DNA of 63,543 bases, filler included, from Neolecta irregularis DAH-3 (GCA_001929475.1; 9 parts of 9 records of this genome joined end to end with filler, not necessarily neighbours in it); one strand, 5' to 3'. Shown: positions 49,987 through 63,156, numbered from the whole stretch's first letter. The notes: generated by a model not told the origin, from the letters alone. A program made the numbers and translations.

Positions 49987-50250
49987 ATGCGCTGCATATG
50001 AGGGATTGCAAGCGTATACCTATGGTACACGCTTACCAATACAGAAGGAAGGCTTGTATTAATATTACGGCTTAAAAATTGTAGTAAATGATATAGATAG
50101 GCGGTTCATACCTAGCCAAGTCGCCAATACTTAGGCTAGAAACAATAGAACCTAGTCTTATTCGTATCTAGACCTCGACACCTACAGGGATGGTGTTCTC
50201 CGCCTCAGGAGTTGAGATAGATCAAATTCCTGTTTGGAAATAAATATCTA

Positions 50251-51872
50251 CTATATTTTTGATCCTGCCCATGTAACTTTTTCTAACTTGTAGCAGTTTA
50301 ACAGATCAACATGTAAATCCTCCAGTTTAGATACACCAAGCAATCTCATTCCAGTTTCGATTTCATCACGTAAAACTGGCTGGTTAGAGTACTGTTTAGA
50401 GAAGAAGCATTTACTTTCAACTGCTTTTATAACACCATCAGTTCCGTAGCCGCTCAATGCATACATAAATGGACATCCAAGTCCAACTGCTTTTGCTCCA
50501 AGACACAACGCTTTCAAAACATCAGTTCCTCGGCGTATCCCGCCATCAATATAAATCTCTGCTCGCGTTAAAATATCGGGGCAGAACCGTCGAATTTCAT
50601 AGAGAACATGTAATGCAGGAGGTGCACTATTTCTCAGTTTCACATGTAGAAACTTCATACGTGTCAAGCTGTCTTCCGCCGTGATTCGAGATATAGATTC
50701 CGTCGAAGCCCAAATCAGCAGCAATTTTGGCATCCTCAAAGGTCTGGATACCTTTGACAACTAGTTTCCGATCCCATTCTTTTCGTATCCAGTGTAGATC
50801 CTCCCAGTTTAGAGATGACGATATCCAGGCAGAAAGTGCTTTCCCAATACCGCCCGAGGAGCCTTTTCCAGCTCCTGAGATCTCACTTCTCTTTTAGAGT
50901 AAGTTTATATACGATAGTGGCTTGTGCGCACCGTATCCATCTGGACCTGTATGCGCTCATCTGCTTCTCTCTTTCCAGAAACGGGCGCATCTACAGTAAT
51001 TACTAATGCCTGATAGCCGAGCTTGTGGATATGACGGATGAGCGAGGTCGCTTTCTGACGATCCGAGCTGACGTAAAGCTGGAAGAATAGCGTTTGCCCA
51101 ACTTTTGATGCTTCTTTAATTTCTTTCGCAGAGTACGATGCGTTACTTGAGACCTAATGGTTTAAAAGCCCATGGCTTTCAGGAAATATACACACTGGAT
51201 TGTTCCTGTTGCCGCCGCGCCTCTTGTTAAGCAGAGTTCGCCATCGTGATGACCAAGTTTTGCCATTGCAGCAGGTGCAATGAATATTGGAATCGACGAG
51301 TTGAAGCCAAGTATAGTGGTACTCGTATCTACTGACTCTACATTTCTGAAGACACGCGGACGGAAAACAATGGTGTTGAACGATTTTCGATTCCAGGAGT
51401 AGGCTGAGAAATCAGACGGTGAATTCCAAAGATGGAGTACTGATGAGATCACAAGCAGCTGAGGAGTAATATGCATATGATTTGGGATGCATTGTTTTCT
51501 GAGCGATGTTCTCAGTAATCAGAATGGTATTCCCCAGGGAAATACGTCGAAGTCGTCCAAGCTGATGACTGTCTGTAGTGCAGGTGCATCATTTACATTT
51601 CGTTCTGGTTGTGTCGACACATTGACGCGCTCTATAGTGCTCTGATCCACCGGACCCAGGCATTTTTCTGCAGGAAGATTGTCTCTAATTGTGTTGGGGG
51701 AGTGGACAAGCTCGAATTCCACGGAGGCATCTTTGCCTGCATATTTCAAGATGGGTGCAGCACCGCCTGGATGTTGCGAAAGGAAATCTGTAACGTTGTA
51801 TACATTGCTGCTGATAATGATCCAGCAGTCTGAAGCGCAGTTGTGGGATGCCACTTGTGCTCCGGTGAACAT
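50251..51872 (-). CDS. Cytochrome b2-like FMN alpha-hydroxy acid dehydrogenase with N-terminal cytochrome b5 domain
   Basis: HN..DCWIII..VYNVTDFL..HPGG, FRPRVF, IFIAPAAMAKLGH, FFQLY, ITVDAP, SNHGGRQLD, IDGGIRRGTDVLKALCLGA. Confidence 0.93.
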
Positions 51873-51936
51873 CGAGGGCCAATGATAAAACGTGACTTAC
51901 GATCAGGTTCCTCCAACTTAAACCAACACCAACCTC

Positions 51937-52814
51937 ATGACTGCCTATACGCAACCCACGCACCAGCCGCCGTTGTATAGCAACACCGAACCGCTGCTTG
52001 GATCTCACGATGCAGAAGCGCACGATGCTCCCAAGTTTGACGGACCAGTTGTGCAGACCGCACTGGCGATCCGGATGGGTATCGCAGGCATCCTCGATTT
52101 TGATCTCACATCCAGCTTTTGTCCGCAAAGTATACACAGTCTTGTCGATGCAGCTTTGTTTGACTGCAACCATGTCGACAGTCTTTATCTGCTCTCCCAG
52201 CATCCAGCGCTTTACCCATAGCAATGCGTGGTTGACTTTTCTCTCTTTGTTTCTCTCAATCGCAGCGATGTTGGCGCTATTTTGGAAGCGCGAATCTTAT
52301 CCCGTGAATATGTATCTCCTCGCTGTATTCACCACCTTCGAAAGCTATGCCGTCGCAAATCTTGTGACTTATTATGATTCTTCAACTGTCGCCATGGCCA
52401 CCATAATCACCATGGGTGTATTCATTGGCTTGACCCTTTTCACGATGCAGTCAAGCTACGACTTTTCTCATTGGGGGACCTATCTTTATGTTACATTGTG
52501 GATTACCATTGTAGCCGGCTTTGTTGCAATGTTTTTTCCCTTTACGAGGTATACTCCACATCACATCCAGATCTCAACTTCTAGATGGATTCAGATGGGT
52601 TATGCAATCTTGGGAACTATTCTGTTCTCGGCTTATATCCTTTATGATACGCACATGATCATGCAACGACTCTCCGCAGATGAGTACATCCTTGCCGCCG
52701 TATCGCTTTATCTTGATGTAATCAACCTGTTTTTGAGCATCCTTGTATAATCCAATTCGCTTTGAAGGACTAACATTATAGCGGCTGTTAAACGCGGTAA
52801 ACAGTGATAGCTGA
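51937..52814 (+). CDS. BXI1: Bax inhibitor-1/TMBIM family membrane protein
   Basis: IRM|AFVRKVYTVLSMQL, YPVNMYLL..FT..E, FSAYILYDT, DEYILAAVSLYLDVINLFLSIL. Confidence 0.9.
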
Positions 52815-53099
52815 AATAGTCTGGGATTTGTGCGTTGGGGACTGGTTACATGAATCTAATGATATGCTTATATTTCTCTATCCATGCTTTTGAAAAACCG
52901 TTTTGTATTTTCACATCTTGGGCTTACACAGCCTGGACATCGGAGCAGCATTTGCTGCGAGCATCCTTCCCCAGAATGCAAGTGATCTTTGACCAGTCCN
53001 NNNNNNNNNNNNNNNNNNNNNNNNNNNNNNNNNNNNNNNNNNNTTAATTAATTAANNNNNNNNNNNNNNNNNNNNNNNNNNNNNNNNNNNNNNNNNNNN

Positions 53100-53452
53100 A
53101 GTGATTGCGGCTCTTCGTTGGGATTTTTCATTAGATCTCCCAGAGTTGGATTCTCCATTGGATTGTACCAAAGTCTGCATAGTTCAATTGGAAGACTGTA
53201 AGATACTGTGTATCAGTTAGGGCTGACTTGTAAGTACTCTTGGTTTAAGACCTGTATTACTAAGTACCTGACTCATCGGTACTCTTGGTTGAAGACAAGA
53301 GTACTGCTGTTGTCAGCCTATCTACTTATAGTACAGTAATACCACTAATTAGCAGCTACAGAATATACTGGAAGGTTCCGGTATCTTCCGGGACCTTCCG
53401 CCACTAGGCCACATCTGGTGTTCATACTAACCACCAGCGCACACTCCTTACA
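53100..53452 (-). mobile_element. LTR family A copy inserted into the RT region of another element
   Basis: Begins TGTAAGGAGTGTGC and aligns with 62830-63156; interrupts the RT frame after EEADK. Confidence 0.85.
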
Positions 53453-55784
53453 CTTGTCTGCCTCTTCAACCAGTATTTGATAATACGCGTTATTAAGATC
53501 AAGTTTGCCTCTAACTTTCGCTTTCACTGCTAACTCCAAGATCTCGTCTTGGCGAGGTAAAGGAGTACAATCTTTTACTGTATTGGAATTCAGTATGCGA
53601 TAGTCTGCCACCATGCATGGCCTTGCCTCCGGGTCCTTCTTTTTCACCATAAACACTCCTGATGAGATCTAGCTCGATGATGGTCTTAATCGTCCTGCAA
53701 GTTGGTGTTCTGACAAAAATTGCTGCATATGAGGCCATAATCGTGTTGGAATGCACAGCAGTTTACCATTCACCTTCTGATTCTCATCTATCAATTTGAT
53801 TCTATGTTTCGGTGTCTGGGGAAAGGGCCGTCTATCGGGAAGTTCATCAGTGAAGATATCAGGGTACGCGAGTAGTAAATCTTTATTAAGATTTATATAC
53901 AGCTGATCAATCTTAGGAATCTTATCTTTTTCTTCAACTATTTGTGCTACTTGGGATGACTTCATGGGCTGTGTCACCCTGAGTTTGTTGATAACTAAAC
54001 GATGATTGAATTGATCCGGGTATGCCTGATGGTCTCGCATAAATGGAGCTCCCAGTATAACGTTATATTTTTCAAGGGGGGCTACTTTAAATGGGACTGG
54101 ACCTGCTTCCAACCCAGCTGAACCGAGACTCAGTTGTGCTGTCAGGCCTTTCGATATAATTACCCCAGAACCCTGAAGTACTTGTTTCAAATTTGTTGGG
54201 CAAGCTAATTGATATAGTGCCATAGCGTGGTGCTCTACAAACGATTGAGCAATAAAATTCGAAGAAGATCCTGAATCAATCAGGGCTTTCATATTTATTC
54301 CTCAAACAATGATCGGAATAGTCATCGGTTCGCAATGAGTCTCTGTAGACTCTATGTCATCCTGCAGTGAGCATGAGATATCATTCTCACTGGATGAAGT
54401 CAATGGCTCCAACATCTCTATAAGAGTGATGTGATGGAGGGTATTGCATTCCAGATCTGCACTAACTATAGTAGCGGCTGGTATCTCTGTCTTCATCACA
54501 TGGATGATGTCTTGACTTTGTTTCTGCACATTTCTTCAGTTTGACTGTGTTGATCCTGGCTTTGCCTGATTAGCCAGTGGTTCTTTCTTTAATGTGTCAT
54601 GAGCTAATTCGGGGCAGGTACGAGCCCAATGACCTGCATTAATCTTGCGACAATTAAAGCAGCCGTCATTCTCTGTCAAAAATTGTCTTTGTGAATCTGT
54701 CAGTTTCAGAGGAAAATGTCGGGCAGAGGCTCTGGTATCTGGGGTTCGTGATACAGCATGTTGCCCAGCCGCAGATTTAGGGAAAGAATGGGTATGTAAC
54801 TTTTTGAATTCATTAAGAATAATATCAGCGGCTTCTGCTGCTGCAACTATCTCGTTGAACATCAGGTTTTTAAGCGTAGGCACAACGGGCATGCGCAACT
54901 CGATATCCATGCCAGAAATCAATTTCTGACAGGCGAATTCTTTAGGAAGTTTATCCCGTCCGATTTCCGTCCATAACGTTCGGATTTCTAATGAGTAATC
55001 CGTAAAGGATCACGATTTCTGAGATACGTTTTGCCATTCTTGCAGAAGAATGGCATGGTAGTTCGATGGTAGAAAATTTAATTTTAATTGTTTTTTGAAT
55101 TCTTCAAAGGAAAGATCTTCCTCCCGAATGCATTCAAACCATTAGGCTGCACTTCCTTCCAAATAGGTGGCAGCCAATTCTGTTTTTAATTCATCTGGGA
55201 CTCCTGTCAATCTCATATATGAGGTAAGGGAGCCTAGCCATGCATGGACCACTGCTGGGGTTCTGGCTCCATTGTATTTTGTAGGTTTATCCACCTTGAA
55301 TGATGGTGGATATTCCATTCTTTTTGATTCTGTTTCAGTTGTCTTGTCATTGTTTGTGGATTGGTCTTCCATCCTCAATCTTTGGGTCTCACTCCTGGTC
55401 TTAGGTGGCATGCGACAGTGATTTGTTGAATTGTTGAAAAAAGTGTAATCACTCCAAAGATCCTGGCAATCTGGTTATACAGGACGATCAGGTTACACGG
55501 TGGCGATCGTGTTACATGAATGGACTGGGTGGATCTGGAGTGACACTAAGACTGGTGTGCTAGCAAGCAACAATGAACAAGTCTATTATCTCAGTAGTTA
55601 CAAAGTGAGAATCACCATACCTACTATCTCAGTAGTTACAAAGTGAGAATAGTTAGGTAGGGTGGTTAGCAAGCTATTTAAATAAGGAAGGTCCCTTATT
55701 GACATGTGCTTGTGTGATGTTGTAGGCGAGATAACGCTGATGCGATATAATGACTAACCGAGTTATGCGAAGTTACCGAAACTT
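53453..55784 (-). mobile_element. Decayed Ty3/gypsy element (family B): 5' LTR 55784-55444, gag, protease, start of RT
   Basis: Gag KPTKYNG..W, zinc knuckle CFNC..H..C, protease LIDSGSS, RT RPCMVADYRILN..PLPRQDEIL..KLDL..AYYQI; in-frame stops; LTR ends TTACA. Confidence 0.92.
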
Positions 55785-55884
55785 NNNNNNNNNNNNNNNN
55801 NNNNNNNNNNNNNNNNNNNNNNNNNNNNTTAATTAATTAANNNNNNNNNNNNNNNNNNNNNNNNNNNNNNNNNNNNNNNNNNNN

Positions 55885-56902
55885 ATGTCAAAGAGTAAAG
55901 TCAAGTACTCAGCCGCCAGCAGGATTTCTTTCATCATTACCAGTACCCGAATCCAAATTTGATGAAATCGCAATGGACTTCATTGGCCCAATGAAGGATT
56001 CAAAGGGATACAATGGGATGCTCGTAGTGACTGATCGACTTTCTGGTCTGGTAATAATCGAACCAATTAAAATGACGATATCGGCAGCCGAAGTGGCAAA
56101 ATGGCTTTGGAAAAATTGGTACTGTAGATATGGACTACCCAAGTCCATTGTTTCCGATCGAGACCCTAGGTTTACAGGACAATTGTGGAAAGAACTGCAT
56201 CGCATGATTGGAGTCAATCTAAAGATGAGTACGGCCTTTCACCCTGAAACGGATGGATCATCAGAGCGATCGAACAAAACAATTATACAGATACTCCGGA
56301 CTTGTGTAGATGAAACACAAGAGAATTGGTCAGACTTTGTTCGTTCAACGGAATTTTGCATTAATAACTCCCTTAACGATTCAACAGGATTTACACCATT
56401 CGAGTTGGTTTATGGTTGCAAGCCAAGAGTACTGCCCAGTATACTGCCAACAGATTCTAGCGCACCGAAGGCCCAAGAGATTGCGGAAAACATGAAGATT
56501 TATTTGGAAGTCGCAAGAGATAATTTAGTGATCGCAAAGGCTAAGCAAGCAATTCAGGCTAATAGGAGAAGAAGAGATCATATTAAATATGATATCGGCG
56601 ACAGAGTTCTGTTAAGCAGTGAAAATTTTCGGAAATCCATGGCAAAAGAAGGAAAATCGGCCAAGCTACTACCACGTTGGATCGGGCCCTATCGAGTTAT
56701 AGAAACCTGGCCAGATACTCATACCTATAAACTCGAATTGCCAGTAGAGATGAGTCTCCGTCACCCAGTTTTCCATGCTAAACTGCTGAAACCGTTTAAC
56801 GATAATGACTTGGAAGAATACCCAGACCGGGCATTCGAGCAACCAGTAATCCTAGAAAGTTATGAAGATGAGCATATTATTGAACAAATACTTATGCATC
56901 GC
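55885..56902 (+). mobile_element. Ty3/gypsy integrase and start of chromodomain; open frame on an isolated contig
   Basis: IAMDFIGP, IVSDRDPRF, STAFHPETDGSSERSN, PRWIGPYRV, HPVFHAKLLK, HIIEQILMHR. Confidence 0.95.
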
Positions 56903-57088
56903 NNNNNNNNNNNNNNNNNNNNNNNNNNNNNNNNNNNNNNNNNNNNTTAATTAATTAANNNNNNNNNNNNNNNNNNNNNNNNNNNNNNNNNNNNNNNNNN
57001 NNGTAAGAGATCTATGATAGTAATTGAAATAAGCTGAGACTGAGAGGAGAGACGGAGGCAGCTTGTGGAATGGCCTCCAATTGAACTC

Positions 57089-57320
57089 TTCATTGCTCCT
57101 CTGACATGAAATTTGCTGCAAAACGGAGGACTGGGTCAAAGGTTGGAGGACGGCTACCAAACAGAATTTCATAAGGCGAGTAAGGATGGTCAAATAGTTT
57201 CCTAGTACGATAGGCATAGAGTATGTCATTCAGGAATAAATCCCAGTTTTCCGGGTTGCTGGCTGCAGAAATCTTTAGTTGCTTTATCAGAGTACCGTTA
57301 AACCGTTCTGATTGATGGTT
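57089..57320 (-). mobile_element. Retroelement integrase C-terminal remnant (no ATG, absent from ORF track)
   Basis: Reads SERFNGTLIKQLKISAASNPENWDLFLNDILYAYRTRKLFDHPYSPYEILFG. Confidence 0.75.
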
Positions 57321-57409
57321 ATTCGATATTTAGATGAAAATGAGGATTTTTTGGGAGAGTTTAGGGGTGTTGAGGGAATGGTTGACTTGTTAGGATCGTC
57401 TGTGCTGAC

Positions 57410-57478
57410 GACACGCTTTCTTTCGGATCGTTGCAGACATGCTTTCTTTTGGATCGTTGCAGACACGCTTTCTTTTTG
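57410..57478. repeat. 26-bp tandem repeat, about 2.6 copies
   Basis: GACAYGCTTTCTTTYGGATCGTTGCA repeated. Confidence 0.7.
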
Positions 57479-58293
57479 GGATGGGATGTTTGTGGTTATC
57501 GACATCTTGCATACAGTCGATCTGGATGGCTTTCTTCGGACTATCAATCCAGTGACTATTCGAATGTCCCGGACACGGATTTGCCGAGCTCGGTGGCGAA
57601 GTCAGCGGCGAGGCCTGGTCATGGGTTGGCGATGCTCGAGGGATTTGCTTTGTCGCAGCAGCTGTGTTAATGCAAAACACTCCGGATGCCCCATCTGAGA
57701 TCATAGATGCAATAACGGCGGATCTAGCCCGGCCTGGCCCGGCCCGTGGACTGAAAGCCCCCCTAAATACCCGTTCTCATGTGCCCCATCGGCCCCCGTT
57801 CCGCTTCTTATCCCCATCCGGGTCTGCTCTCCTTGGTTGCGAGTACACAGTTTGTCTATTGCGCCCTTTAGGCGGGATCCTGGCCATACGACACCATCGC
57901 TCGCCTCTTCTAGGCCACTGCAGGCACCTCTGTCTCCTCTCTCCCGAGCATTTCCAACCACATGCCCCGCATTCAGAACCATTCGTGTTCAAAAAGAATT
58001 GCCATTTGCTGTTTTCGTAGTGATCGCTTTCTGAATTAGGAAGTCAGGCTAATTGCATTTTCCAACCACATACCTGCATTCGGAAATATTGTGTTGGAAA
58101 TGAACCAGTCATTCTCATTTCGTATTGAACTGTGAGATTTCCGCAAGCATCATTTTCAACTTATCGCAAACCATGTTGTCGATTTTATTTTTCNNNNNNN
58201 NNNNNNNNNNNNNNNNNNNNNNNNNNNNNNNNNNNNNTTAATTAATTAANNNNNNNNNNNNNNNNNNNNNNNNNNNNNNNNNNNNNNNNNNNN

Positions 58294-59937
58294 CCAGTAC
58301 ATTGTAGAGGAACGTACTCGCCGCTACCGGCAGGATATTCGCAGTCTCGTTATGCGGTAGGGCGGGAATCGGCATTGTCGGGCAGACAATCCCGTCAATT
58401 CCAGCTTCGTTCCATTTAGCCGCCCAAAGCTCACGATAAAGGTTCCGTTTATTGGTCCAGCGAAGGAACTCTGCAACAGATTTCGTGCGACATAAAAGCA
58501 TGATGCGAGCAAAAGAGTCGTCTTTGAGCACATATTTAACAATACGGCTAAGGAGATACAGAATGAAATAAGGCAGTCTTGGGGCGATTAGCGCGAGTTT
58601 AATATTGGGCTGCCGCGGATCGCGTTTCAAGGGGACTCGCAAACCAGCGTAGCCATCCGCAGAGAGTAACGCTCGAGATTAGTGAATAAAAAAGGTGGAT
58701 GTCTACACATGAAGATATCGATGGCTTCGTTTACTTTGGGTGGTTCGAATAACTTTACATTGTGGCCAGCGGCTGACAGGGCATTGATCGTTTCTTGTAC
58801 AGCTCTTTTACATGCAGGACTGGTCATTGAGTATCCATCTATAGTCAGCTGTGAAATGCAACGTTCAGAAACCATCAAAATAGTATCCAAAGGTCAGCTT
58901 TTTGCCTGCAAGTTCGTCTACAGCAGCCTTGTTCCATGGCATTTTTAAGCAGTCGACATCTGTAGATTCTGGTTTAGCGTCAAGAATCGCCTGGTAGGTA
59001 TTAATTATCTTTTGGGAAGACTACCAACCTCACAGGCTAACTGAACGTCTTCACAGTATCGTGCCATAGGTCCCACGATAATGGGAACTGCTTCAAAACC
59101 TTCAACGATCCCGAAATGACCCTTGCTGGGAAATCGACGGGCTGAAGGTTTAAGAGAGTAAACCCCACAAAAGTGGGCGGGGATTCTCAGGCTACCGCCA
59201 ATGTCGCTGCCGAAACCTATAGCTGAAGAATCAGTAGCAAGGGCTACAGCTTCTCCCCCAGAACTTCCGCCCTATACAGTCAATGTAGAAAGTGGGTGTA
59301 TGTGTACAGGAGTGAACTTGGCGTTGTATGGATTTGTTGAAGTACCCCATATTGGATTACCAGACTCAAAAGCCAGCAATGCTTGAGGTACATTTGTCTT
59401 GTACATTGTAATACCTCCGAGTCTCTTCACAATTGCAACTAATGCTGCATCCTCTTGGCTTGGTTTTCCGGTAAATGTCGAGTATCCCACACAAGAGTCC
59501 CGATTGTGAAATCCAAAAGTGTCTTTGAAAGATACAGGTAATCCTAGGCCATGAGAATGGTCAAAAGGATACATGCCATGCAATGGACCTCTTGGTTTCG
59601 AGGACTTTGCGAATTCCTCGTCAAGTTGCCTCGCTTCTTCCAAAGCCTCAACAATGAAAACTAAAGTCAACAACAAAAGTCACTATCCCATACCTTCAGT
59701 CAGAAAATTGGATTTCTCATGAGCCTTGAGCGCCTGGCGGGCAAAAGCACAGAGTACATTAACTGATGTCCACTCGTGCGATATGATCTTGGATACAATC
59801 ACTTTTGCCGAACTTGAAAGAATCCCTTTCTCAAAGTCAAGATCTTGAGGGAATTCCATCAAGGCATTTTGAGCCAGTACAATAGCATTCGCTCTTTGTG
59901 ACTGCTTTTCGTCAGCTGCCCGTCGGAATGGAGACAT
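58294..59937 (-). CDS. Amidase-signature enzyme (acetamidase/FAAH-like), 3' truncated by linker
   Basis: GPLHG|LPVSFKD, KTNVPQ, NPIWG..NPYN, GGSSGGEA, GSDIGGSLRIPAHFCGVYSLKPS. Confidence 0.93.
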
Positions 59938-60196
59938 GAAGGTTTGGATTGCGAAATGCAACTCTTAAGCGCTCAGTGCGCATGACGTAAATATTGAGGC
60001 CTCAATACGAATTAGGATATACCTCTAGCATAAGATGGGATAAACCAGCTAAAGATGAGTCTTGCTAGATAATCCCATCTCCTTTATACGATTCCTNNNN
60101 NNNNNNNNNNNNNNNNNNNNNNNNNNNNNNNNNNNNNNNNTTAATTAATTAANNNNNNNNNNNNNNNNNNNNNNNNNNNNNNNNNNNNNNNNNNNN

Positions 60197-60468
60197 ATAA
60201 GGTTAAGAGAGTAAATAACTTGCAAATAGAGTTAATTGATTGTTGATTAAAAGTATTGAAGTATTGAAAACAAAGAATCCATACCACACCATCAGCTACA
60301 CTTGTACTAAGACAAGGAGCTGGTGGTCTCTGCTATCTAATATATATACAATACAAGGCCACTAATTAGTGGCCTACATTATGCCAGAAGGTTCTGGGCT
60401 ATTCCCAAACCTTCTTCCTCTAACCACCTTGAGTGTTCATACTAACTGCCTAATGAGGGTTCCTTACA
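60197..60468 (-). mobile_element. Divergent LTR family A copy
   Basis: TGTAAGGA start; shares GTTAGTATGAACAC, CTAATTAGTGG and CTTGTCTT blocks with the other copies. Confidence 0.75.
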
Positions 60469-63156
60469 CAGATCTTCATCAACAAACTCCTGAGAACTAT
60501 CCCAGTTAATTCTTATCTAGGAGATATTTGTGATTTCTCCCCTGTTATCTCTGCCGAAGTTAAAAGACAGTTAACTATGAGAAGAAAGACCAAACAAAAA
60601 TCCGCCAAATTACTCACTTTGGAAAAACCTCAGTATGAAGCTATCCTATCACTCGCCTGTCCTCGCACCTGGGTAAAATTCCCTGGACTTGATGTTAACT
60701 GCTTACTTGATGGTGAAGCAAGTACTAATTTAACTTCTCTCAATTTTATAAAGTGTCTTGGAATTGAGGAAATTAGTCATAGTACTGCCAGGCTTGCCCC
60801 ATTTAAGGGACTGACCTTGCAAGCAATTGGATGAACACCCCTACGATTCAAACTTGGTATGACAAAATGCTGTTCTGAATTTCAAATTATACCACAGCTG
60901 CAATACCACATGCTCATTGGACGATGAAGCCTTACTGAATTCAAAATCACAACCTTGTGGGAAAGTAATAAGTGGTTCTATGGCCCCACCCATTTACCAC
61001 TCCAAATCAACTACCAAGGAACATCACACAATGAAGCCATACTAATACCAGCAAAATTGGACCAAATATCAATTGAAGCCAATAATTCATCTAGTGATAA
61101 TAGTGATGAAGAAGAAGATGAATATCTTATTGGAGTACTATGAAGGGGTTTATCCAGCATAGTACATCCCCTTATGGATGATGTGCTAATATTCTCTGAC
61201 TCCCAGAGTAAGCATACCAAAGATGTCCAGTCAATCCTACAATGCCTTTGCAAAATGAAACTATTTGCGAAACTCAACAAATGTGAATTCAAGAAGAAAG
61301 TTATTGAGTGAGTGGGATTTAAAATATCCCAGAAGGGCATTGAAGCCCAAGACTCCTAGATTGCAGCAATTACAGAATGGAAAGAACCATCAAATGTCAA
61401 GGAAACTCAAGCATTCTTAGGAATGTTAGTGTTTTATCAATGCTTCATTCTGAACTTTGCAACTATCTCAGCACCCCTCTTAGAACTAACTCGAAAAAAT
61501 CAACCATGGCAATGGGATACACTCAAAAATTGCATTCCAAAAGTTAAAACAGGCACTGACTTCTCCTCCAGTGTTAGCATGCATGACATGACCCATCAAA
61601 ACCCTCAATACTAACTTGTGATGCTTTATCAATTGGCATTGGAGCAGTACTGTCACAAAGGGGGGCTGATGATTTAGAACATCTGGTTATGTTCATGTCC
61701 AAGAAACTAGATGTGCATCAAAGGAACTGGACAACCTATGACAAGGAGTTGTTTTCCATCAAAAAAGCACTGGAGAGGTTTAGGCCTCTATTAAATGGAA
61801 CCAGGTTTACAATCCGAACTGATCACAAAACACTTCAGTATATCCTGAAGCAACCTAAACTAAATCCCAAGCAGATTCACATACTAGCATTTATGGCAGA
61901 ATTCTCAGACTTTGAAGTTGAATACATCCCTGGAGCAGCTAACCTTGTTGCTGATGCACTCTCCAGGAAAACTGAATTCGAATGTCTAGCAGTAATGTTA
62001 GAGAATGATGACTCTTGGATGGATAAAGTTTGGCAATTGCTTTCCCAATCAGATTGGAAGGATACCTGGTTAAAACTATTGAAAGGAATACCATTTAAGG
62101 ACTTTGAAGTACAAGAAGGACTACTCCTATGGGATAATCTGGTTTGCATCCCAGAGAATTGTACTCTGGAGCTGCTAAAAACTTACCACGATGACCCATC
62201 AAGTGGCCACCCTGGACCCAGGAAACTTTTATCCTCTCTGGTCAAAATGTTTTACTGGAAAAAGATGTCTTAGCATGTCAAAAGATATTCGAAGATGCAC
62301 AGGCTGCACTTGCAAAAGCTCAAATAGCTCAGAAAGTGCAAGCTGATAAACATAAGAGAGGATGGATTCCAGGAGGGGGACGAAGTCTTTCTTTCAACAG
62401 AAAACCTTAGAGTTATCCCAGATGGACAGCAGCAAATGCTGCCACCGAAACTTCAAGTATGATATGAAGGGCCATTTAAGACCACCAAAAATCTAACAGA
62501 TCTTAACTATGAACTAGAACTACCCCCTTTATCTCATATCTACCCTGTTGTGCATATCAGTCAGTTAAAAAGTAAAATCGAAATGACAGAGGCATTAAGA
62601 AATGAACTGCCTCCCCCAGGACCATCAAAAACCTATAGTGATAGTTCTGGTGAATATGAATTGGAAAGCATCCTCTACTAGAAACAGGTTGTGAATGGAT
62701 ACAAATATCTTGTCAGATGGAAAGGATACAGTCCTGAGGATGATTTGTGGGTTCAAAAATCTGAGTTGAGCAAAACTGCTCCTCAATTACTAAGTAATTG
62801 GAACTCTGTTCACATTTCATGGGGGGGACTGTAAGGAGTGTGCTCTGGTTGTTAGTATGAACACCAGATGCAGCCTAGTGGTGGAAGGTTATGGAAGGTA
62901 ATGGAATATGCCACTATATTCTGTAGGTGCTAATTAGTGGCCTTATTGTATTATAAGTAAATAGGCTGACCCCGCCAGTACCCTTGTCTTCACACAAGAG
63001 TATTGACAAGTCAACCCTGCTAAGATACACAGTATCTTACAATTTGTTAGGAAGATAGCTGTTGAACACTGAGGGTTATAAACTTGTGGTGATTAGTGAG
63101 CATATAAGCTCCACAAATCACAGTTGATCAGCTCCTATAGAGAGAAGCTGATTACA
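60469..63156 (+). mobile_element. Heavily decayed chromovirus-type Ty3/gypsy element with polypurine tract and 3' LTR (62830-63156)
   Basis: Protease LLDG, RT remnant, RNase H CDA..GIGAVLSQ/NWTTYDKEL/TDHKTL/NLVADALSR, partly deleted integrase, chromodomain YLVRWKGYSPEDDLW, G-tract then TGTAA...TTACA; many stops. Confidence 0.92.
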
